Virus record (IMG/VR): IMGVR_UViG_3300035125_000018
Location: 1-55,970 of that record
DNA from: a virus
Taxonomy: Duplodnaviria; Caudoviricetes
Direction: 5' to 3' (one strand)
Length of the DNA: 55,970 bases
The notes under the pieces are model-generated. The model made no database searches. It had not been told where the DNA came from and saw only the letters and a program-made list of their open reading frames with translations. Made by a program: the position numbers and the translations under genes. Shown here piece after piece: positions 1 through 7,230 of the stretch. Each line of letters opens with the position of its first letter. Positions within the stretch are counted from its first letter, which is position 1.

Positions 1-127
1 CACGGAAGGAGGCTGTGATAGTGACGGCCTGGCTCAACTCAGCTCTGCGTGCGATCCTGAGTGTGCCGACCGAAGAACTGCCAGATTTCCTCGACGGCCA
101 GAAGGCCGAGGTTCCCGAAGAAGGGGA
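1..127. repeat. Terminal direct repeat, identical to 55844-55970 (circular contig overlap)
   Basis: cacggaaggaggctgtg...gaagaagggga is identical at both ends; 127 nt equals a common assembler k-mer; an ORF reads through the junction. Confidence 0.97.
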
Positions 128-193
128 ACTCGAGGACAGCAATCCCGGTGCTGAGGAACCGGACAACGACGACGAACCATTCTGAGGTACGTT

Positions 194-1264
194 ATGGATA
201 AGACAGAAGAAATGGCGATGGTACAGTCGCCGCAGAACGCGATCGCTTGTACGAGACTGGAAACGATCAACTTCGACGGACTGATGAAAGCCGCCGAACA
301 TCTCGTCAAGTCCAACTTCCTGCCCGACAGCATCAAGACCGCCCAACAAGCCGTGGCCATTGTTCTGACCGGCCGTGAGCTCGGCATCCCGACCATGCAG
401 GCACTCCGACAGATCAACGTGATCAAGGGCAAGCCGACCATGGGCGCCGAGCTGATGCTCGCGCGCGCCTATCAGGTCGTGCCGGGGTTCGCACACAATG
501 TCACCGAGAGGTCGGCGACTCGCTGTGCAATCGTGTTCTCTGCGCGTGGGCGAAAGGACTACGAGCATGAGTTCACGATCGAGGATGCGAAGAAGATGGA
601 GCTGTCCCACAAGGACAACTACCACAAGCAGCCCAAGACCATGCTGTTCTGGCGCTGCGTGTCCGGTGGGCTCCGTGCGTTCGCGCCTCATGCAGTCAAC
701 GGGGTATACACTCCCGAGGAAATGAATCCGGATCTCCGGTTCGACACCGAGGGAGCGCCGCTACCGGGACAGATCGAAGCCCCGGAACCCAAGACGATCC
801 CGGCCGAGGAAGTGGAAGTGAAGCCTCCGGCCGAAGCCGCAGCCGAAGCTGGCGGCAAGATCGAACAGGCCCGGAAGGAAGCCGCGGAACGGGACAAGAA
901 GAAAACGGCCGACAAAGGCAAAGGAAAAGGCAAAGGCAAGGGCAAAGGAAAGAAGGAAACGAAGAAGCCCGAGCCCGAGAAGAAGCCTGAGCCGGCTGCC
1001 GAAGCTACTCCCCTGCAGAAACTCGACCATGAGAACCAGCCCACCGGCGCCAAGCTGAGCGTCGCCCAGGTCGCCAAGATCAAGACGGCCTTTGCCAAGT
1101 TCAAGCTCGGCGAGAAAACGCTCGAGGACTGGTGCAGGCTCGACGCCGGCGACTGGACCGTGAGCGTCCGGAAGGATCTGCTCAAGCTCCACGCGCTGCT
1201 CAAGGCCAAGACTGTCACACCGGAGGACGTCAAAGCCCACATCGAAGCCCGTCTTGCTGAGTAG
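194..1264 (+). CDS. RecT/Redbeta-like single-strand annealing protein with Lys/Gly/Pro-rich linker and C-terminal extension
   Basis: Motifs GRELGIPTMQAL-INVIKGKP, YHKQPKTMLFWR, AFAP-GVYTPEEM typical of phage RecT-like proteins; near the exonuclease. Confidence 0.8.
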   Translation: MDKTEEMAMVQSPQNAIACTRLETINFDGLMKAAEHLVKSNFLPDSIKTAQQAVAIVLTGRELGIPTMQALRQINVIKGKPTMGAELMLARAYQVVPGFAHNVTERSATRCAIVFSARGRKDYEHEFTIEDAKKMELSHKDNYHKQPKTMLFWRCVSGGLRAFAPHAVNGVYTPEEMNPDLRFDTEGAPLPGQIEAPEPKTIPAEEVEVKPPAEAAAEAGGKIEQARKEAAERDKKKTADKGKGKGKGKGKGKKETKKPEPEKKPEPAAEATPLQKLDHENQPTGAKLSVAQVAKIKTAFAKFKLGEKTLEDWCRLDAGDWTVSVRKDLLKLHALLKAKTVTPEDVKAHIEARLAE

Positions 1265-1327
1265 CACATCTCAACCTGTAGGCGGAACGGTTCCATGCCG
1301 TTCCGTCTGCAACCAAGGGGAAAGACG

Positions 1328-2716
1328 ATGGCAACGATACCCGAAGCAACGAGGATCCCTCCGTATTCAGAGGAAGCGGAACGTGGGATCATCGGATCCA
1401 TTCTCTTGGATCCCAAGGCCATTCGTGTTTGCATAGAACATGAGCTCATGCCGGACGATTTCTATGTGCCGGCGCATAGGCTGATCTACGAAGCGGCCTG
1501 TGAAATTTTCGAGAAGAAGCATATCCCCGATCTTATCACCGTGCCTGAGAAGATGCAGATGAAGGGCACGTTCGAACAGTGTGGCGGGATCATGACGCTT
1601 CAAAGAATCGTGGATGCCACGCCGACTTCGGCGCATCTGCAGTATTACCTGAACATCGTACAGAGAAAGGCAAAGCTACGGCAGGTCATTCAAGTCTGCC
1701 GGGATACCGAAGGCGAAGCATTTGAGACTGACGAGGGAATCGAAGCGTTCCTGTCGAAGCTGAAGTTCGAGTTCCACAAGATCGGTTTCAACCATCGGCC
1801 GACTGAATCTGTGTCCGAGATAGTCCAACGCCTGATCGCATCCTATCACGGAGCGAGAGAGACAGGCAGCACAGGACTCAAGAGCCGCTGGTTTGATCTG
1901 CAGAACAAGGTGGTCGGATTCTTCAAGCAGAAAATCACGATCATTGCCGGCCGGCCAGGTCAAGGCAAGACTACGTTCGGCTTGAATGAAGCTCTCAGCC
2001 TTGCGCTCACCGGGATCCCGGGCCTGATCATCTCGATCGAAATGACAAAGGATGAGATTGTCGAGAAGCTGATCGGGGATTTCGCTGGTCTGAATATCAA
2101 ACAGTTTAAGCTCGGCCGCTGCAGCTATGAAGAGGTCCAGCGATTCAAGCTCGCCGGCGATGTGATCGAACAGCTGCCGCTGTATATCCTTGACGGGAAT
2201 TTCACGATCGAACAGATCTGTGCGGCCGTGAGAGAACACGTTGAAGAATACAAGATACAGTTCTGCGTCATAGACTACATCCAGATTGTGTCTCCGTCCC
2301 AAGGCAAGAAGTTCCAGAATCGAAATGCAGAGCTCAGCTTCATGAGCCAGCAGATCGTGGCCCTGGGAAACGATACAGGGATCCACTTCTTCGTAGTGTC
2401 TCAGCTCTCGAGAGGAATACGGCCGGGAGAAGAACCGGAGCTGCATCACCTGAGAGATTCCGGGGCGCTCGAGCAGGATGCCTACATGGTTATCTTCATC
2501 TTCGAGAACCCGGATGCCGAAGGCGAGTTTCTGGACAACGCTCCAACGATCGTCAAGGTAGCCAAGAATCGTGGCGGCGAGATCGGGAAGGTGTTCCTGA
2601 CGTTCGAGAAAACGAAGCAGAGATTCAAAGGCCAGGACAACCGGGCATTCATCCTCGAGGACTACCTGCATCTGCTGAGAGAGGAAGAAGAAGATGATGA
2701 GGAGGCTCCGTTCTAA
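1328..2716 (+). CDS. dnaB: Replicative DNA helicase DnaB
   Basis: N-terminal PPYSEEAERG, Walker A GRPGQGKT, SIEM, IDYIQ, SQLSR, LRDSGALEQDA, KNRGG. Confidence 0.95.
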   Translation: MATIPEATRIPPYSEEAERGIIGSILLDPKAIRVCIEHELMPDDFYVPAHRLIYEAACEIFEKKHIPDLITVPEKMQMKGTFEQCGGIMTLQRIVDATPTSAHLQYYLNIVQRKAKLRQVIQVCRDTEGEAFETDEGIEAFLSKLKFEFHKIGFNHRPTESVSEIVQRLIASYHGARETGSTGLKSRWFDLQNKVVGFFKQKITIIAGRPGQGKTTFGLNEALSLALTGIPGLIISIEMTKDEIVEKLIGDFAGLNIKQFKLGRCSYEEVQRFKLAGDVIEQLPLYILDGNFTIEQICAAVREHVEEYKIQFCVIDYIQIVSPSQGKKFQNRNAELSFMSQQIVALGNDTGIHFFVVSQLSRGIRPGEEPELHHLRDSGALEQDAYMVIFIFENPDAEGEFLDNAPTIVKVAKNRGGEIGKVFLTFEKTKQRFKGQDNRAFILEDYLHLLREEEEDDEEAPF

Positions 2717-3165
2717 TGAGATCAACTACGAGTAGGACTAAGGTGCTGTTCGAAAAAGAAGGATACATCGTAGCCTCTGTCGAGAAGTGGAACGCTCACG
2801 TAGGCCCGTTGGTTCCCGACGATCCGATCATGTGTCCCGAATGTGGTACGGAGATCGAACAGTTCCGCAAGGCAGGGATCCGTCAAGACCTGTTCGGGTT
2901 CGCTGACCTGATTGCATTTCATCCGGAAAAACCTGGCATCATACTGATCCAGTCTACGTCCGGAGGCGAACACGCTCGAAGAGTGGCAAAGATCCACGGC
3001 GTTGATGTAGCACGGAAATGGGTAAAGGATCCGATACGGCAGATTGCAGTCGTATCGTGGTCGAAGCGAAAACAGAAACTGAAAAAGGGCTGGAGTAAGA
3101 AGTCGTTCTGGTCCCCAAGGATTGAGTTCATTACAGAGATAGACTTCGGGAAATTACCGTTTTAA
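2716..3165 (+). CDS. PD-(D/E)XK nuclease / Holliday junction resolvase-like protein with CxxC insert
   Basis: DLFGFADLIA...LIQST catalytic-like pattern; CPECG; coupled to the DnaB stop. Confidence 0.55.
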   Translation: MRSTTSRTKVLFEKEGYIVASVEKWNAHVGPLVPDDPIMCPECGTEIEQFRKAGIRQDLFGFADLIAFHPEKPGIILIQSTSGGEHARRVAKIHGVDVARKWVKDPIRQIAVVSWSKRKQKLKKGWSKKSFWSPRIEFITEIDFGKLPF

Positions 3166-3194
3166 TCACAAACCGACAGGACAGGAGGTATCCA

Positions 3195-3353
3195 ATGGGC
3201 GAGATAGCTGAAGATATGGTTGACGGCCTGTGTTGTTCACACTGTGGGGTGTACTTCGAGAAGGAACATGGGTATCCCGTGCTCTGCCAAGATTGCCATA
3301 AACGTGACGAAGGTGAATCTGGTCTTCCAAAGGCAACAGAGAAGGAACTGTAA
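3195..3353 (+). CDS. Small Cys-rich (Zn-binding) phage protein, 52 aa
   Basis: AGGAGG RBS; MGEIAEDMVDGLCCSHCG...LCQDC; manual translation. Confidence 0.75.
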   Translation: MGEIAEDMVDGLCCSHCGVYFEKEHGYPVLCQDCHKRDEGESGLPKATEKEL

Positions 3354-3510
3354 ATCCTCACACCCTACGACAGAAAGAGAGATTTGAGAATATGGTGGGC
3401 GTACGGTCAACAAGCTGCTCAAATCGCACCTTGTCTTGGGGCATACGTCTTAAGCGATACCCCGTACCTGCGCCCACCTAATCCTCACATAGTCCAACAG
3501 AAGGAGAGAA

Positions 3511-3921
3511 ATGAGAGAGAGATTACCAGACACAAGACGGTCGGTGACACACAAGGTCACAATCGGAGGAAAGACCGAAGTGTATTTCATTATCGGTCTG
3601 TATCCTGATGGCCGGCCGGGAGAGCTGTTCATTCGTGTCGGCCAGGATGGTAGTACGATCGGTGGACTGGCAGAACAGTGGGCCATAGCGATCTCGATGC
3701 TTCTTCAAACGGGAACGACAATGAAGGAGATCGCGCGAAAGTTTGGTCACACACGGTTCGAGCCGGCGGGGTTCACCGACAGTGACGAGATCAGAGAAGC
3801 AAAGAGCATTACGGACTACGTTGTAAGATGGATGGAAAGGAGGTTCGACGATGAGAGGGTTCAAGGCAACGACAGTGAAGAGGTCCCCACGGAAAGGGAA
3901 GAAGAAACGAACAGGGCGTAA
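3511..3921 (+). CDS. Stand-alone TSCPD domain (C-terminal domain of class II ribonucleotide reductase NrdJ)
   Basis: RERLPDTRRSVTHK, GLYPDGRPGELFI, GSTIGGL, RFEPAGFT, AKSITDYVVRWM match the NrdJ C-terminal region; no catalytic domain in the genome. Confidence 0.85.
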   Translation: MRERLPDTRRSVTHKVTIGGKTEVYFIIGLYPDGRPGELFIRVGQDGSTIGGLAEQWAIAISMLLQTGTTMKEIARKFGHTRFEPAGFTDSDEIREAKSITDYVVRWMERRFDDERVQGNDSEEVPTEREEETNRA

Positions 3922-3969
3922 AGCAGGCATCGGGCCGCTGCGTCCAAAGCGAGGAAGGAGACACCTGAT

Positions 3970-4338
3970 TTGACGCCGCTTCAGATGGCACGGAAAGAGT
4001 GTGCGAATTTCCTGCCCGACTCTACCTGCATGGCCAAGCGAACCAAGTGCCTGCTGACCGACAAGTTCCGCTGTACCTACTTTGAAGAGGCCGTCCTACC
4101 GATGGCCCAAACCGTAGCCGATCCCAAGATTTCCATTCCGTTCATGCAGGCTGCCAAGATCTACATGAGTTACACCGAGCAGAATCCGCACCGCATGGTG
4201 ATCTACGGAGGAACCTGCGCCTCGAGAAACTGCCAGAGCAAACGGCTGAAGGGATTCCGGTACTGTCCGGAATGTGGTTTGAAACAGAAGAAAGAGAAAG
4301 CTCGACTGCGAAAGCAGAAACAGAGGAAGAGGCGATAA
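3970..4338 (+). CDS. Cys-rich basic hypothetical protein (possible Zn finger)
   Basis: ECAN..C..C..CTYFEEAVLP; C-terminal CxxxxC...YCPEC followed by a basic tail. Confidence 0.65.
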   Translation: MTPLQMARKECANFLPDSTCMAKRTKCLLTDKFRCTYFEEAVLPMAQTVADPKISIPFMQAAKIYMSYTEQNPHRMVIYGGTCASRNCQSKRLKGFRYCPECGLKQKKEKARLRKQKQRKRR

Positions 4339-4586
4339 TGGTATTCGTAAAGGAAAGACTCAGGCAGTTCGAGAGAACGTTGGTTGATCTTCGTCTGCCT
4401 CCGGTTACATCGAAGCTGTTGCGCTTGGCGTTCTTCGCCGGCGCCGGGGCTGTGGTCGAACGGATGTATAAAACAGCCGAGGCTGGAGCCTCCGATGAGG
4501 TCGGACAGGCAACCTTCAGTGGCCTCTTGGAAGGGGTCATTGCGGAGTACAAGAAGGCCCAACAGGATCTCGGGCTCGATAACTGA
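4338..4586 (+). CDS. Hypothetical protein
   Basis: TAATG coupling; RLAFFAGA motif common in small phage proteins. Confidence 0.65.
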   Translation: MVFVKERLRQFERTLVDLRLPPVTSKLLRLAFFAGAGAVVERMYKTAEAGASDEVGQATFSGLLEGVIAEYKKAQQDLGLDN

Positions 4587-4591
4587 TAGCC

Positions 4592-4704
4592 TGTCACGCT
4601 TTTGTGCATTTTGAGGCGTTGATTATCAACGACTTACAGAAGCGATTTGAACGATCCTATAGGATCACCCTGACCCCCCTGAAATGGCCTATAAAAGCGT
4701 GACA
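4592..4704. promoter_or_regulatory. Intergenic element bounded by 12-bp inverted repeats with two internal palindromes
   Basis: tgtcacgctttt (4592-4603) / aaaagcgtgaca (4693-4704); cgttgat-t-atcaacg (4617-4631); gatcctataggatc (4653-4666). Confidence 0.6.
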
Positions 4705-4717
4705 TAGGAGGGCTCTG

Positions 4718-4906
4718 ATGAAGGCCGAAATCTGTCGCCGCTGCTCGTCCAATCCGGTGCATCCGGATCTGGTCAGCTACGGTGTCTGCAAGGAATGTTG
4801 GAACGAAACGGTCGAGGCCGTCGAAGGTCGGCTCGACAAGGGAACAGCATACGAAAGGATGAGAGGCAAGCCATGGATGAACTCGAAGCTGCAGAGAAAG
4901 AGATAA
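4718..4906 (+). CDS. Small CxxC-CxxC protein
   Basis: GGAGG RBS; CRRC...CKEC. Confidence 0.55.
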   Translation: MKAEICRRCSSNPVHPDLVSYGVCKECWNETVEAVEGRLDKGTAYERMRGKPWMNSKLQRKR

Positions 4907-5253
4907 CACGGCTCGAGAAGAAAGTCACGGAGATGGAACGACTCCTGGCCGAGAAGCCTGTGAACCATACCACGATCCACGAAGGATTGCCGGTATGGAT
5001 TGATACCTGCCTTCAGGTATTCAACTGGAAGGACGCAATCTGGAACGAGCACCAGCGCCAACTCGAGAAGTGGGGTGTCCAAGCCCGGACCCCGTTCGAG
5101 TGGATGGCATATCTCACGGAAGAAGTTGGCGAGCTGGCCGAAGCTGTCTCCAAGTGCTGCTACCGTGACGGAGATCATCACCGGATTGTGAAGGAAGCCG
5201 TACAGGTAGCGACACTGGCCGTGAAGATCGGGGAGATGGCACACGAATCATGA
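4873..5253 (+). CDS. MazG-like NTP pyrophosphohydrolase
   Basis: WMAYLTEEVGELAEAV...KEAVQVA is the MazG EExxE...E(x)2-3[DQ] pattern. Confidence 0.8.
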   Translation: MDELEAAEKEITRLEKKVTEMERLLAEKPVNHTTIHEGLPVWIDTCLQVFNWKDAIWNEHQRQLEKWGVQARTPFEWMAYLTEEVGELAEAVSKCCYRDGDHHRIVKEAVQVATLAVKIGEMAHES

Positions 5254-5672
5254 ACACAGTCAGAGAAACTTCTCTCGAGGCGTACTACTACATCAGGGAC
5301 AACGGCCTACTGAGCAAGGTACGGTTCAAGGTGTACGAGTACCTGTTCCACCATGGGCCGGCCGCTGCCAAGGAAGTAGACATGGCCCTCAACAACGGCC
5401 GGGACTACACGGCCGGAACGTATGTCTCTCGCCTGAGCGAACTGCGAGATGCAGGCGTAGTGAAAGAGGTCGGGTTCAAGACCTGCAAGCACACTGGCCG
5501 GCGCCTGATCGTTTGGGACGTTACCAGTCTTAGAGATCCAATCAAACCTCAGAAGAAAACGAGCAAGACCCAACAGCTCGAGGCAGAGATCGAGAGACTA
5601 CAGGACATTCTCAGGGCTCATGGAATTGACTTCGAACAGAGCGAGCTTCCTCTCGAAGAGGATCCGTTCTGA
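5250..5672 (+). CDS. Winged-helix DNA-binding protein, tail ...LEEDPF
   Basis: RETSLEAYY...SRLSELRDAGVV...TGRRLIVW wHTH-like pattern. Confidence 0.65.
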   Translation: MNTVRETSLEAYYYIRDNGLLSKVRFKVYEYLFHHGPAAAKEVDMALNNGRDYTAGTYVSRLSELRDAGVVKEVGFKTCKHTGRRLIVWDVTSLRDPIKPQKKTSKTQQLEAEIERLQDILRAHGIDFEQSELPLEEDPF

Positions 5673-5698
5673 ATACACACAGAAAGGAGGTGATATAG

Positions 5699-6055
5699 AT
5701 GGTAGTGGCCAAGAAGAAAAAGAAACCGAAGAAGAAAAAGACCAAGGCCAAGAAGAAGCCCGCAAAGAAGAAAACGACGAAGAAGAAATCCAAAGCCAAG
5801 CCGAAATCCCGCAGGCCGAAACAGCAGGAGCTTCTGAAGGTAAAACGCGACAAGGTTGGGCGGGCCGCCGCGGCCTACCTGAAGGCTCGGGACATCCTGG
5901 CCGACGCGAAAGAGGATGTGATCGAGAAGGCGTTGAAGCTGGTGAAGCTGCTCCGCGATGCCAAGCGTAAAGAGATCAAGGTCGAAGGGACGATCATCAC
6001 GCTTCGCCATGTGGAGTCTCAGGACTTGCTTCGGGTGAAGAAACCTCGCGAATAG
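5699..6055 (+). CDS. Histone H1-like Lys-rich protein with C-terminal helical domain
   Basis: KKKKKPKKKKTKAKKKPAKKKTTKKK N-terminus; AGGAGG RBS. Confidence 0.75.
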   Translation: MVVAKKKKKPKKKKTKAKKKPAKKKTTKKKSKAKPKSRRPKQQELLKVKRDKVGRAAAAYLKARDILADAKEDVIEKALKLVKLLRDAKRKEIKVEGTIITLRHVESQDLLRVKKPRE

Positions 6056-6086
6056 AAAGGAGGAAAGGTTCAGATAAGCAGCTCTC

Positions 6087-6129
6087 GGGGGAGCTCGGAT
6101 GTGCTACCGGGCTCCCCCAATTTTTTTTT
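6087..6129 (+). terminator. Intrinsic terminator ending the + strand arm
   Basis: gggggagctcgg...ccgggctccccc hairpin plus T9, at the convergence of the two arms. Confidence 0.85.
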
Positions 6130-6193
6130 GCGGGTGACGCTCGCGAATCGGAAAGCGCTCGAAGCCCTCACGCTATCCGAATCGCCACGCTCA

Positions 6194-6937
6194 TCAGGAA
6201 ACTACGTCCAGAACACCATCGCCCAAAAGCTCCGCTTTCGTCCGATCGAGTTCTGTCCTCTGGCGTAGTCCTTCATGAAGGTACTTGCCGAGTCCGAAGT
6301 CAGCGATCATCACGAAGTAGCCCAAGCGCCACAGGCGTTCGGTATGGATCGGAGAAGGAAACTTCTGCTCTCCGATAGGATACAGGATGTCAATGCCGTT
6401 CACGCTGTAGGCCAGGACGAAGCCCTCAGTACAGTACACGTTATGCTCTATGTTCTTGAGACTGATCCTGCGCCGGATCCAGTTGTGGGCGATCTTCAGC
6501 AGCAGGATCTTCTTCAGCGCGGCCTTGTCATAGGGCGTCTTGAGCGCAGCCATGGTCTTGATCGAGGCGCCGGTACAATCCTGAAATGCCTCGAAGTACA
6601 TCTTGTGATTCAGGGTGACAAACGTGTGCCAACGGAAAACGGCAAAGACACGTTTCCCTTCTTGGAACTCTGCGAGTCTGACCTTGAACGGAACGAGCTT
6701 GTAGTGCGGTGGGGTAGCGTATCCAACATGGATGCCGGATGGCAGGACTACGATCGGTTCATCGTGGTTGTGCTTGGCCCCGGTCGTGGAGAGGATCCCC
6801 TTGACCATGATCCAGTCCTCGAGGGACATACCCGGCTCGACCCAAAGGGTCATAACCAAGTCACCGGTACGAAACTGCTCGGGCGAGAGGTTCAGGTTCG
6901 TATTCGGATCGTATAGTACTGGGGCCTTGTCGGCCAT
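6194..6937 (-). CDS. Permuted papain-like (NlpC/P60, YiiX/YaeF-type) cysteine amidase/peptidase
   Basis: Order GDLV...HNH...PYD...YCTE..LAY..GID...SP matches circularly permuted NlpC/P60 (His before Cys). Confidence 0.65.
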   Translation of the reverse strand: MADKAPVLYDPNTNLNLSPEQFRTGDLVMTLWVEPGMSLEDWIMVKGILSTTGAKHNHDEPIVVLPSGIHVGYATPPHYKLVPFKVRLAEFQEGKRVFAVFRWHTFVTLNHKMYFEAFQDCTGASIKTMAALKTPYDKAALKKILLLKIAHNWIRRRISLKNIEHNVYCTEGFVLAYSVNGIDILYPIGEQKFPSPIHTERLWRLGYFVMIADFGLGKYLHEGLRQRTELDRTKAELLGDGVLDVVS

Positions 6938-7221
6938 TACGCAGCTTGCCTCGGGCGTCTGCGCCTACGCACAACGGGGAGCTGCCGGCCACCACCACGA
7001 CGCCGACGACGCCTGCGCCACTTGGCAAACGTCTGAGCGAGTGCGGCCTGTCGCTTCGTGCGGGTATCGGCCCGAGATCCGGGAGCTCGGACTTGGGCTG
7101 CATACGCGGCTGTACTCATGCCGGCCGCCTTGGCCTTGGCGCTGAACGCACCGGGACGTTTGATCACTTCGCCTCTTGGCTTGCCGAACAACTGGCCTCT
7201 TCTACGCCTTTTCCTTGCCAT
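6937..7221 (-). CDS. Small Arg-rich protamine-like protein, probable virion core/DNA-binding protein
   Basis: Poly-Arg runs at both ends around IKRPGAFSAKAKAAG core; AGGAGG RBS. Confidence 0.7.
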   Translation of the reverse strand: MARKRRRRGQLFGKPRGEVIKRPGAFSAKAKAAGMSTAAYAAQVRAPGSRADTRTKRQAALAQTFAKWRRRRRRRGGGRQLPVVRRRRRPRQAA

Positions 7222-7230
7222 GACTACCTC

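Noticed and set aside
1-127. 127-bp repeat as a biological terminal repeat
   Set aside because: The length equals a standard assembly k-mer and it falls inside an ORF; it shows circularity, not the physical genome ends
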